Assembly: GCA_028716365.1 (NCBI GenBank)
Contig: JAQUPZ010000001.1
Span: forward strand, 839,393 to 903,392
Origin: Kiritimatiellia bacterium
GTDB lineage: Bacteria > Verrucomicrobiota > Kiritimatiellia > UBA8416 > YA12-FULL-48-11
Direction of reading: 5' to 3'
Length of the DNA: 64,000 nucleotides
This document shows positions 21,732-31,544 of this stretch, piece after piece. Numbering within the stretch: the stretch's first letter is position 1; every line of letters starts with the position of its first letter. The notes under the pieces are model-generated. The model was given only the letters and a program-made list of their open reading frames with translations. It did no database searches and was not told where the DNA came from. A program made the translations under genes and the position numbers.

Positions 21732-21827
21732 AAATCCTGCCTTCGTCCCGAGTTCCTCAGACCGAGAGGATCAAGTCCGTCGAAGAACGGACACGCCGAA
21801 GCCCTTCGGGCGGATATTGCAGGATTT
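21732..21827. ncRNA. Candidate structured RNA element: 9-bp closing stem (AAATCCTGC/GCAGGATTT) enclosing about 78 nt with three internal hairpins
   Basis: Inverted repeats are visible in the sequence. One hairpin has a UUCG-type loop (GCCC-TTCG-GGC). It lies in a 1-kb non-coding gap. Confidence 0.3.
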
Positions 21828-22169
21828 TGATACTATTACCCGTCAACATTTTCCTGTTTTGAGAAGATTTTCTGCCGCGATAAAGATTGTCTCTTGATTC
21901 CGGATCAATCCGCCGATCGGCGGATTGTGTAAACCGTGTCACGAATTTCTATTCTTCGGTGAAATATTTGATGTCAGATGCCGTTGCAGCACGGCAAAAG
22001 GATCGGCGCTGTATATGCATACGCGCCGCATCCTTTCAACACAGCTGCAACGAGCAGATCACATCACAAGATTTCACCGGAAATTCGTAACACTCTTTAA
22101 CTCTAAACAGCGGCGAAATCTGAAATAACTGCTTGTAGCAAGGCATAACCGTGATAGGATTTCCTTAAC

Positions 22170-22237
22170 TAACCGGGACAAGAGCGCTGGAATCGGTGTT
22201 TCAGAATTGCTCCCCAATAAAGCAATTTCTTATAAAC
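22170..22237 (+). promoter_or_regulatory. Conserved 68-bp leader element, copy 2
   Basis: It is near-identical to 19441..19508 and contains the same AATTGCT-N9-AGCAATT palindrome. It ends 18 nt before the ATG at 22256. Confidence 0.6.
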
Positions 22238-22255
22238 TCAACTGACAATACAATC

Positions 22256-23377
22256 ATGAACCAAATCCTTTGTCTCCGTCATAGTCGTACCCGTTCTGGC
22301 AGCTTTGTGCTGTGGGCGGCCATCGCATTCCTCGTAACAACATTGGCATCGGCTCCGCTTTTCGCGGCAGAGGGGCCGCTGGCGTTTTCCGTCGATAAGA
22401 AGACGCAGAGCTACACGATCTCCGAGCAGGGGAAACCGGTTTTGACCTATCGATTTGGCGAAGTTCCGCTTCCGGCAGGGGTCACGGCGCATCATTTTTC
22501 CAAGGGCAACACACCGTATAACGGTGCCTACTTTACCGACGGAAGCCAATTCGGCGGCGCACGGAGCGACTACATTTATCCGCTCTACGGTTTCAACGGT
22601 GAGACACTCACCGCCGACTACCCCAAAGATCATATGCATCACCGAAGTCTCTGGTGGAGCTGGTGCGAGGTTCGCATGAACGACAAGATCGGCGATATTT
22701 GGGCCGTATGCAAAATCCGCGCCTACCCGGTCGAAATCACCAAAATGGAAGCCAGTGCCGATTCCGCCTTTCTCCAGGCGGTGAACATCTGGAGGTATGA
22801 CGATAATCCGGCTGATATCGTGCAAGAGATCGTGACGATTCGTGCCTTCAAGACCGAAGGGATGCCGGGAGCGAGGAGCCGCGCGGTCGATGTTGATGTC
22901 AGGCTCGAGGCGTTGGTCGACGGCGTGGCCATTACCGGCCGCCAGAAAGTCGACTACGGCGGTTACGGCGGAATGACGGTCCGGATGAATCCGGACGTGA
23001 AAGAGTTTTCGATCCGCGCCGTTCATCCGAACCCGGACAAGTGGCGCGGCGACGATCTGAAGATTGTGGAACGGGTGACCGATCCGGCAAAGTTCGGCAA
23101 TGCCGCCTGGATGGCGCTTTACGGCAAGTACCCGGCCGCCGGGATCGAAACTCCCGGCTTCACGACCGTCATGATGTTTGAGTCAAAGGCTACGCCGCTC
23201 TTCCCCAACAATTTCCGCTATTATGGCTCGACCTGCATTTCATTGGCCTTTCCCGCGAAGACGATTGTCCCGCTCGCAAAGGGCAAGCCGCTCGACTACA
23301 AAACCCGCTTTGTGATTTGCGAGGGGAAAACGACCATTGATCGGGAAAAAGCGCTGTGGCATGCGTATCAGCACTAG
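22256..23377 (+). CDS. Secreted DUF6807 (PmoA-like) family protein
   Basis: A signal peptide is present. The family motif HMHHRSLWWS is present. I place the start at 22256 because the upstream GTG-initiated ORF runs through the conserved leader, which is non-coding in copy 1. Confidence 0.6.
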   Translation: MNQILCLRHSRTRSGSFVLWAAIAFLVTTLASAPLFAAEGPLAFSVDKKTQSYTISEQGKPVLTYRFGEVPLPAGVTAHHFSKGNTPYNGAYFTDGSQFGGARSDYIYPLYGFNGETLTADYPKDHMHHRSLWWSWCEVRMNDKIGDIWAVCKIRAYPVEITKMEASADSAFLQAVNIWRYDDNPADIVQEIVTIRAFKTEGMPGARSRAVDVDVRLEALVDGVAITGRQKVDYGGYGGMTVRMNPDVKEFSIRAVHPNPDKWRGDDLKIVERVTDPAKFGNAAWMALYGKYPAAGIETPGFTTVMMFESKATPLFPNNFRYYGSTCISLAFPAKTIVPLAKGKPLDYKTRFVICEGKTTIDREKALWHAYQH

Positions 23378-23600
23378 TGGTCCGTGGAGTTATCGTGCCG
23401 TCTGGGCGGACTTACGCAACGCGACGTGGATTGGCATTACGTATGCTGAATGGGTCAGCCAGGCAATAGGGTATTGACGCGTGGAGTGTTGATGCAATAG
23501 ATTGCGGACATGGCAACGCAAACATGGTTATGGTTTATGCCAATGTTAAAAATCAATTTCTTATAACATTTAATATGCCATTGGGAGTTTAATCTGTATC

Positions 23601-25136
23601 ATGAACAGGATCTTTTGTACCCGCTATTTTCGAGGTCGATCTGACAGCATCATTTTGTGGATAGCCATAGTATTTCTTGTGACAATATTGGCACCGGCCG
23701 AGCTGTACGCCGGCCGCAACTTGATTCGCCGGGAGAACAAAAAAGCAGGTACGTCGGATTGGCAATTGACATATGTTCGTCTCGACAAGGCAGATCGTAC
23801 TGGTACCCGTTCTCCCGGTATTGAAGGCTACTGCTCGCGACAATCGGTTGCCGCCGGGGAATCGATCGAATTCTTTGTCAGCACTGAGCCGGCGTGCAAC
23901 TTCACCCTGGAGATCTTTCGGATGGGCTACTACGGAGGTTTGGGTGCCCGGCTGATGAAAACGTTGGGGCCTTTGACCGGCAAGACGCAGGCCCTGCCGC
24001 CGGTCGGTCCCCGGCGAATCCGCGAGTGCCGCTGGGAGTCCAGCGCCAAGTTGCTGATCCCGGCCGATTGGCCAAGCGGCGTCTACTTGGGTCGGCTGTC
24101 CCGAGTGCCAAATCCCGACGGTACGATGCCCTGGCAGAGCTACGTGGTGTTCATTGTTAAGGATGACCGTCCAGCCGACATTCTCTTACAGTGTCCCGAC
24201 AACACTTGGCAAGCCTACAACCGTTGGCCCGACGAATATTCGCTGTACATCGACCCGGGGAACAAATTTGCCTGGTGTAACACCAACGTCGATGTCAGCT
24301 TCAACCGGCCCTACGGCAAATACGTGCAGATTTACGAGAACCCGCAGTCCGTCGGTTCAGGCGAATTCCTGTGCTTTGAGTTTCCATTGTGTTATTGGCT
24401 GGAACAAAACGGATATGATGTCAGTTATTGCTCCAACAGCGACATGCTCACACCGGACCGCGCAGCAAAGTGCAAGGCCTTTATCAGCGTGGGACACGAC
24501 GAATACTGGGATCTGCGCCAGTATGAGAGCGTACTGAAGATTTCGCGCAGCGGTACCTGCGTGTTGTTCCTGTCGGGTAACTCCATTTGCTATGTGACGC
24601 CGTTCCGCCCGGGGCCCGATGGTTGTCCCAATCGGATTATTTCCCGCAAAGGCCCATATCAGGGGCTGACCATGGGTGCGGAACCGCCAACGAACAAGTT
24701 TGAATACGTGGGACCGGATGAAGGTCTATTGCTCGGTGCCCGCAATATCCTGCCTGTTAACGGCGGAGGCGACTGGGTCTGTACCAAACCGGAACACTGG
24801 ATATTTGCCGGCACGGGGATGAAAAAAGGCGACAGGATTCGCGGACTGGTAGGCTGGGAATTCCATGGCGATCCCCCGCCAATCAAGGGCTTGGAGGTGG
24901 TGGCCGAGGGCATTGCTTTGCACGGTGGTACGCGTCCCGTTCCATACCAGGCCACGATCTACCCCACTGAGAAAGGTGGTTTTGTTTTCAACGCCTCGAC
25001 CATCTTCTGGTCCACGGGCTTGAGTACTCCGCCAGGGCACATGCCACTGTGGAGCCATAACACGCGGCCCAACGGTCCAGACCCGCGAGTACAGCAGATC
25101 ACACACAACCTGCTGCGGCGTGCCATTAAGCGGTAG
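23601..25136 (+). CDS. Secreted hypothetical protein, possibly N,N-dimethylformamidase large-subunit-like (DmfA2-type) domain
   Basis: Its N-terminal 40 aa are homologous to the N-terminus of the 22256 protein. A TWQAYN motif is present. The family call is weak. Confidence 0.4.
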   Translation: MNRIFCTRYFRGRSDSIILWIAIVFLVTILAPAELYAGRNLIRRENKKAGTSDWQLTYVRLDKADRTGTRSPGIEGYCSRQSVAAGESIEFFVSTEPACNFTLEIFRMGYYGGLGARLMKTLGPLTGKTQALPPVGPRRIRECRWESSAKLLIPADWPSGVYLGRLSRVPNPDGTMPWQSYVVFIVKDDRPADILLQCPDNTWQAYNRWPDEYSLYIDPGNKFAWCNTNVDVSFNRPYGKYVQIYENPQSVGSGEFLCFEFPLCYWLEQNGYDVSYCSNSDMLTPDRAAKCKAFISVGHDEYWDLRQYESVLKISRSGTCVLFLSGNSICYVTPFRPGPDGCPNRIISRKGPYQGLTMGAEPPTNKFEYVGPDEGLLLGARNILPVNGGGDWVCTKPEHWIFAGTGMKKGDRIRGLVGWEFHGDPPPIKGLEVVAEGIALHGGTRPVPYQATIYPTEKGGFVFNASTIFWSTGLSTPPGHMPLWSHNTRPNGPDPRVQQITHNLLRRAIKR

Positions 25137-25191
25137 CCCACCTGGTTAAGAAGTTTGATATTTCCGAAACTACAGGAAGGATAAACTCAAA

Positions 25192-28149
25192 ATGAAAACA
25201 AACAGGATTAAGAAAGAAAAATGCTTTTTTCCCGTCAGGGCACTTATTACAGCCATGATAATCATTTTGCCACTGTTGTTCCTTCCGAAGGATGTTTCCG
25301 CCATGGCGGCGAAGATGAAGTCAGCTGGGAACGTAATTATCGAATGCGACACCTTTTCCTATGAATTTACGGCCAAGGGCAGGAACGTCCGTTTTGTCGA
25401 CAAGGCTTCCGGAAAAAATTATCTCAAAAGCGGGGATTCGTACTGCGCGTATGCGAAAAAGGATGGAAAAACTTTTTATCCGTCCACCGTTTCCCTCCGT
25501 GACGGCGTCCTCGCGATTCAATTTGCGGGAACAGGCCTTTCGTCTGAGGTTAAAGTGCTGAAACAGAAGGAACGGGTTCTTTACGAAGTTCAAAAAGTCA
25601 CTGGAGACCCGGAGTCACTGACATTTCTGAATATTCCTCTTAACCTTGAAGGAATGCCCTGGGAACCATTTGCGGCCTGTTCGCTCAAGCTGAACCTGTT
25701 TACGCATGTGCACCAGCTTCCCGCTCTGCAAACCGAACTTTGGGCTACTTGCTACAAAAGATTCGGACTAAACGGGGCAAAGGCGGCATTTATCGGGGTT
25801 CCTCAAAAGCAAATTCTTCCGGTCATACGCGACGTCCTGACGAAAGCCGCCCCGGCTATCCCGTTCGGCGACCAGGGTGGCGCCTGGGCTCTTTCCTCAA
25901 AGGAAGGGTATGGCTCCTACCTCATGAATTTCGGAAGCCTGACTGAGGAAACCGTCGACCAATGGATCGAAAACTGCAAACGTGTCGGATTCAATCAGGT
26001 CGACAACCACGGCGGCAGTTCGTCGTTCTTTCTGTTCGGTAGTTTTGAAATGGATAAGAAAAAATTTCCGGAAGGATGGAAGTCGTTCAAGAAGATTGTG
26101 GATAAACTCCACGCGGCAGGCATCTCTTCAATCCTGCACACCTATGCGTGCTATATCGGGCCGTCGTCGAAATACGTAACACCCATTCCACATGCCGGGC
26201 TGGATACTGTCACGACGTTTACGCTTGCCGGACCGCTTTCCGAAACGGCAAACGAGGTTGTGGTCCGCGAATCGACGGCTAACCGCTCTCTGGACGTCGG
26301 ATACAGGGTTACAAACAACCGGACATTGAGGATAGGTGATGAAATCATCAAATACGAAGGGGTCACGTCCGAAGCACCGTTTAAATTCACCGGCTGCAAG
26401 CGCGGATTCCATGGGACGAAAGTCTCGGAACATAAAGCCGGTGTGAAAGCCTCTGTTCTCAAAACGTTCTGGGGCGGCCTGTACGTCCCGAACCCGGATT
26501 CCCCTCTCTTCGACGAAATTGCGAAAAACACTGCCGATGTCATTAACGAATGCGGATTTGACGGAATATATCTCGATGCCATTGAAGGTATACGTGACAT
26601 GTGGGGAGAAGAAAATTACTGGTATTACGGCGACCGTTTCGTTTTTGAAATCGCAAAGCATCTCAAGAAACCGATAGGAATGGAATATGCAGGAATGATG
26701 CACGGCTGGTGGTTTTACCGCTCACGATACCAGGCTTGGGATTCCGCGGCCCGCGGTTACAAGCGGTTTATTGATATTCATATCGCCGCCATGAAAGCCA
26801 ATTCAGAATATCAGCACGGATGCTGGAGCGGAAACCTGCCGCTGATCGAAAAATATGCTCCCCTGGAAAATTATCCGCTTTTTCTTCCCCTCCAGTTCGG
26901 ATGGTGGTCCTTCCATACCTGGCAAGGTCCAAAAACGGAACCGACCTATTATGACGATATGGAGTACGTCTGCTGCAAAATGATCGGTAATAACGCCGGA
27001 TTGTCCCTGAACCGCGATATCGGTGAGTCAACGCTCCGGGCCCATCCCGTCTACCGGGACTTCCTTGCAATGATCAAGCAGTATGAGGAACTGCGGCACC
27101 AGAATTACTTCGACGAATCCGTACGCGCCAAATTGCGGCAGGTCGGGAAAGAGTTTACCCTCTTCCGTGAAGCGGGTGGCAAATGGAATTTCAAGCCGAT
27201 TTTCTACAGGAAACACAAGGTCTGCGGCCTGGCCCATCCGTCTGCGCAATGGAACGTCGAAAATGAATTTGCGGACCAACCGGTCAAATTGCGCCTTGAA
27301 TCCCTGGTTTCCGTTGCCCGGGATTCGGATCAGGTTCTCCTTCTCGATTCAAAAGACACAGAAGAGTTTCGTCTGGTCAAAGCGGCGGATGGGGTTACCT
27401 GTTCCGTAAAACCGGATAAACTCACAGTACCTGCCACGGGTGAAACTGCTGTCGAATTGACCGGACGAAGTACCGGAGCATCCCCCCGAGAGGGCTCCTG
27501 GGTCTCCATGGGTAAAACGTTTGAACCGTCCCTCAACTTGGGAAACAAACAGGCAATCGGCGTCTGGATTTGTGGTGACGGTAGCGGTGCGCTCCTTAAT
27601 TTCCGTGTCTCGACACGCCTCCCGCACTGGGGAATGAGCAACCATTACGTCCTGCTGGATTTTACCGGTTGGAAATACTTCGAACTCGTGGAATCGGAAT
27701 CGACGCGGAGCAGCGATTATATCTGGCCGAAATCCGGTGGCTATTTCGTATACGATCATTACCGCGGAAAGGCAACCTACGGAAGTATCAGTTCCTTTGA
27801 ACTCTGGTTCAACAACCTTCCGGCGAATAAAACCGTCAACTGCAAACTCGGTCCGGTCCGGGCGCTGAACATCGCCATGAAGAAAATCGAAAATCCGACC
27901 GTTACAATCAATGGTTCGAAACTCACTTTCCCGGTTACGATGGAATCCGGCATGTACCTGGAACTGAAATCGAAGGACAACTGCAAGCTTTACGACAAGG
28001 ACGGCAAAGTTGTTTGCGAAGTCGTACCGAAGGGAGAAATTCCCACCCTGAAGAGCGGCGGGAACAATGTTTTGTTCCATTGCGAAAACCCCGGTAAAGA
28101 GGACCCCAGGGTACAGGTCACCCTTATCGGTGAGGGTAAACCCCTGTAG
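25192..28149 (+). CDS. Large secreted hypothetical protein (985 aa), possible glycan-active TIM-barrel enzyme
   Basis: A signal peptide is present. I see no diagnostic family motif. A GFDGIYLDAIEG stretch suggests a hydrolase-like barrel. Confidence 0.4.
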   Translation: MKTNRIKKEKCFFPVRALITAMIIILPLLFLPKDVSAMAAKMKSAGNVIIECDTFSYEFTAKGRNVRFVDKASGKNYLKSGDSYCAYAKKDGKTFYPSTVSLRDGVLAIQFAGTGLSSEVKVLKQKERVLYEVQKVTGDPESLTFLNIPLNLEGMPWEPFAACSLKLNLFTHVHQLPALQTELWATCYKRFGLNGAKAAFIGVPQKQILPVIRDVLTKAAPAIPFGDQGGAWALSSKEGYGSYLMNFGSLTEETVDQWIENCKRVGFNQVDNHGGSSSFFLFGSFEMDKKKFPEGWKSFKKIVDKLHAAGISSILHTYACYIGPSSKYVTPIPHAGLDTVTTFTLAGPLSETANEVVVRESTANRSLDVGYRVTNNRTLRIGDEIIKYEGVTSEAPFKFTGCKRGFHGTKVSEHKAGVKASVLKTFWGGLYVPNPDSPLFDEIAKNTADVINECGFDGIYLDAIEGIRDMWGEENYWYYGDRFVFEIAKHLKKPIGMEYAGMMHGWWFYRSRYQAWDSAARGYKRFIDIHIAAMKANSEYQHGCWSGNLPLIEKYAPLENYPLFLPLQFGWWSFHTWQGPKTEPTYYDDMEYVCCKMIGNNAGLSLNRDIGESTLRAHPVYRDFLAMIKQYEELRHQNYFDESVRAKLRQVGKEFTLFREAGGKWNFKPIFYRKHKVCGLAHPSAQWNVENEFADQPVKLRLESLVSVARDSDQVLLLDSKDTEEFRLVKAADGVTCSVKPDKLTVPATGETAVELTGRSTGASPREGSWVSMGKTFEPSLNLGNKQAIGVWICGDGSGALLNFRVSTRLPHWGMSNHYVLLDFTGWKYFELVESESTRSSDYIWPKSGGYFVYDHYRGKATYGSISSFELWFNNLPANKTVNCKLGPVRALNIAMKKIENPTVTINGSKLTFPVTMESGMYLELKSKDNCKLYDKDGKVVCEVVPKGEIPTLKSGGNNVLFHCENPGKEDPRVQVTLIGEGKPL

Positions 28150-28167
28150 TTGTAAAAATAATAGATG

Positions 28168-30249
28168 TTATTTGTTATTAACCGTAATGCCCGGGAAGTC
28201 GTCGGTACGGAATGGGTATGCCGGTAAACCTTCCTTGTTGTAAAGGTTACACGTGGGGTTGGCTGTCCAGGCATAACGTACTGCCACAGGTTTCTGAACT
28301 TTGTCTGATGAGACAACCACTATATTACCATCTATTTTTGCATCTGCCCATTCCCATTTGTGGTCTTCGCCGCAGATTGTAAAGCCCTGGAGCTGACTAT
28401 TGGGACTGTATTTGATCAGCGGCAGTTCTTTCGGTTCAGCGCTCTTTGGTTTGAAGGTTGCCGGAAGTTCCTGTGCAACGAGCCCATTTGCATGACTGAA
28501 CTTTATGATGATTTTCCCACCATCGATTTTCATAGATTCATAAACCGGTCCATAATATTCCAGGTTCTTTTCGCCGTGAATGTTGGCGAAAGCTATGAGA
28601 GCCAGGCGTCTTCCTACTTCCTGTTTGTCCCTCGGATGAATGTCTGCAGCTTCACCAATATCTATCAGGTTGGCCTGTCCGGTGTTTGGAAGAGCGAGGG
28701 CCATTGTTTGTGCTTCGCGGAGTTCAGCCCAGTTATTATCTTCAGGAACATCCACTTTGTTCATGAAGTTAGCCAATTGGCAGAAATAAAAAGGAAAATC
28801 ACCCAAGCCCCATCGTGTACGCCAGTCTGTGATCATGACCTGGAAAAGTTTCCTGTATTGGTATGCACGGCCGGCATTACTTTCGCCCTGGTACCAGAGT
28901 GCGCCGGTGAATGCATAAGGTATTATTGGATTGATCATGCCATTAAAAAGACCGGCCGCGGTATGTGGAAGGTCTCTTTTGGGCGGTGGGATAGGTCTCT
29001 GGTCAGCACCCTGGGGCAGGGGCTGGAATTCAGTTTCAGCTTTGCAGAGCCATTCACCATCCAAAGGAAGAGATTCATTTTGATTAAATGCAAGGCGGAT
29101 TGCCTTGGGATCACCCGAAATACCACAGTAACCGTTGGATGCATGAATGCGTACTGTTACCGTTGCTTTTCCCGGTTGAACAATTTTGTTGGGAACAGGG
29201 AAAAAGAACTGGTTACGACCGGGTTCTGTGTTGACATCGACTGCCCCGACTTTGGTTCCGTTGAAATAAGCAGTTACAAAGTCGCTGATTCTTGGAAATT
29301 CCACTATCAATCTGCGGCCTTTCCAGTCTGCGGGAATTTCGACCTCTTTACGCAACCATATTATTCCTCCACTTTTGAAACCTGCTTTTACGATCAGGCC
29401 GGGTACAGTCATTTTCTTCCAGTCAGCTGTGTTTGCAGATACATCTGCAAATGCATTACTTAAACCGGCCGTACATGTGTCTTTCCTCCCGTATTTCTCT
29501 TCCCATGCAGTCAAGTCAGTCTTGAACTTTGCAAAATTCTGCGGGTAACTGATGAAATCAGAAATCTGTTTCTCCATGGGCTCCTTGAGTTCTGCAACGG
29601 CCATCAACGCCTCCTTGCTTGTCCATGCTTCGGCTGGTGTGCCACCCCAGGAAGTATTGAGGAAAGCAACAGGGATTTTCAGTTTCTTCTGGATTTCGCG
29701 TGCAAAGAAATAACCAACAGCCGTGAAACCACCTGTTGTGTTTGTATTGGCAGCATCCCATTTGCCCTTGCAATCGGCTTCTGGCTCCAGCGAAGGCCGA
29801 CGATCAACGGCAAACTGGCGGATCAGAGGATTTGGCGATTTCCCAATTTCTTCCCTGGCATCCTTGCATCCATTGACAGTCATCGCCATGTTTGACTGCC
29901 CGGAACAGATCCAGATATCACCGATAAGAATATTTTTAATTTCCAATTTTTGATTTCCGATTGAAGAAGTAATGGTCATAACCTGCGGCTCGGATGAGGC
30001 TTTCATGGCATCGAGTCTGACCATCCACTTTCCGTCACTTCCGGCTTTTGTGGTTTTCTTCTGGCCGGCAAATTCCACCGTAACTGCAGCATCGGCATCA
30101 GTCCATCCCCAGACAGGAACCGATTTGTCGCGCTGGAGGATCATGTCGTCCTTGAAAATACCAGGCATTTTCAGTTCGGCGAAAAGTACGGCGGGTAACA
30201 TTGTTACGGCAATGCAAATAACGAACCACAGATTCTTCCTGATCCTCAT
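28168..30249 (-). CDS. Sialate O-acetylesterase family (SASA, SGNH-like) carbohydrate esterase
   Basis: A signal peptide is present. The GQSNM catalytic motif (ICSGQSNMA) is present. The size is about 690 aa. Confidence 0.75.
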   Translation of the reverse strand: MRIRKNLWFVICIAVTMLPAVLFAELKMPGIFKDDMILQRDKSVPVWGWTDADAAVTVEFAGQKKTTKAGSDGKWMVRLDAMKASSEPQVMTITSSIGNQKLEIKNILIGDIWICSGQSNMAMTVNGCKDAREEIGKSPNPLIRQFAVDRRPSLEPEADCKGKWDAANTNTTGGFTAVGYFFAREIQKKLKIPVAFLNTSWGGTPAEAWTSKEALMAVAELKEPMEKQISDFISYPQNFAKFKTDLTAWEEKYGRKDTCTAGLSNAFADVSANTADWKKMTVPGLIVKAGFKSGGIIWLRKEVEIPADWKGRRLIVEFPRISDFVTAYFNGTKVGAVDVNTEPGRNQFFFPVPNKIVQPGKATVTVRIHASNGYCGISGDPKAIRLAFNQNESLPLDGEWLCKAETEFQPLPQGADQRPIPPPKRDLPHTAAGLFNGMINPIIPYAFTGALWYQGESNAGRAYQYRKLFQVMITDWRTRWGLGDFPFYFCQLANFMNKVDVPEDNNWAELREAQTMALALPNTGQANLIDIGEAADIHPRDKQEVGRRLALIAFANIHGEKNLEYYGPVYESMKIDGGKIIIKFSHANGLVAQELPATFKPKSAEPKELPLIKYSPNSQLQGFTICGEDHKWEWADAKIDGNIVVVSSDKVQKPVAVRYAWTANPTCNLYNKEGLPAYPFRTDDFPGITVNNK

Positions 30250-30488
30250 GAAGTGAATCCTTTCTTAGGTGTTGAAAAACATGAATCAGAACAATACGAA
30301 TTGTATCGTATTTTGTCATCACAAAACTGGTTTGTTCCCAGGTTCAACACGGTCTGGCTGATGAGAGAAGGGACTCCATTTCCACGTTGCATTCTCGATC
30401 TGATTCGATATTATCTGCCACAGAATAACCGGTATTTGTACGTCCTGTTAAATAAACCCAAAGAGAAAGCGGGGAGGAAGAATTCAAA

Positions 30489-31475
30489 ATGAAGAGACAT
30501 GTTCCATCGTCATTCCGGAAAAAAATGATAGCAGCAGTTTTCGGGCTTTTATTGTTATTGGTGTTTGCAGTACGGGAAGCTGGCGCTGAGGTCAAGGTTA
30601 CCGAGACGGGTGACAAGGTAAAAGTTGAAATCAACGGCAAACTGTTTACAGAATATAATTATAAAGAAGTACAGCGTCCTTTCTTTTATCCGCTTATAGG
30701 ACCGACCGATTGTAACGTAACCAGAAATTTCCCCATGAAGGAAGTTCCAGATGAAGAAAGGGACCATCCGCATCACAAATCACTCTGGTTTACCCATGGT
30801 AATGTCAGCGGGACAAATTTCTGGGCCGACAGCACAGGAAAAGTGATTCATGGGAAAGTAGTTCATGACAAGTTCCTCGAGATATCGTCTGGTAAAGACG
30901 TTGGTGTTATTAAAAGCCAGAACAATTGGGTGGCACCTGACGGGAAAATCGTGTGTTCCGATACCCGAACTCACAGGTTTTATAACAGGGCTGGATGTTG
31001 TGTCATGGATTTCGAGGTAACTATTCATGCTTCCAATGGTGAAATAGTGTTTCACGACACCAAGGAGGGCTCGATGGCGATACGCATGGCACCAACCATG
31101 GCAGTGAAAGGTAAGGTAGCCAAGGGGCATATTGTTAACAGCCTTGGTGATCGCGATGCTGCGGCCTGGGGTAAAAAGGCGGAATGGTGTGATTATTACG
31201 GTCCGCTGGAAGGACAGGTTGTTGGTGTGGCGATGTTTGATCATCCTTCCAATCCGCGGCATCCCACGTGGTGGCATGTGCGTGACTACGGTCTGTTTGC
31301 TGCGAATCCATTCGGTCAGCATGATTTTGAAAAGAAACCTGCCGGTGTCGGCAATCTGAAAATAGCCGCCGGTGAAAACGTGACCTTCCGTTATCGTGTT
31401 TATATTCATAAGGGTGACGAAAAGGCAGGCCAGGTAGACGCGCAATACCGTGAGTACATTAAAGAAGTGAAATAG
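30489..31475 (+). CDS. Secreted DUF6807 (PmoA-like) family protein, second paralog
   Basis: A signal peptide is present. The motif HPHHKSLWFTHG matches HHRSLWW in the 22256 protein. Confidence 0.6.
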   Translation: MKRHVPSSFRKKMIAAVFGLLLLLVFAVREAGAEVKVTETGDKVKVEINGKLFTEYNYKEVQRPFFYPLIGPTDCNVTRNFPMKEVPDEERDHPHHKSLWFTHGNVSGTNFWADSTGKVIHGKVVHDKFLEISSGKDVGVIKSQNNWVAPDGKIVCSDTRTHRFYNRAGCCVMDFEVTIHASNGEIVFHDTKEGSMAIRMAPTMAVKGKVAKGHIVNSLGDRDAAAWGKKAEWCDYYGPLEGQVVGVAMFDHPSNPRHPTWWHVRDYGLFAANPFGQHDFEKKPAGVGNLKIAAGENVTFRYRVYIHKGDEKAGQVDAQYREYIKEVK

Positions 31476-31544
31476 TATTAAATTCTGCCTGTTACGGTGT
31501 TTAACGATTGTCCTAATTGTAAAGAACCTCACTCTTCCTGGGAG

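Noticed and set aside
22196-22255. Upstream extension (GTG start) of the DUF6807 gene, adding 20 aa (MFQNCSPIKQFLINSTDNTI).
   Set aside because: The extension lies entirely within the conserved 68-bp leader. The same sequence in copy 1 hits an in-frame stop before the downstream gene, so it is non-coding. The ATG at 22256 begins a typical signal peptide.
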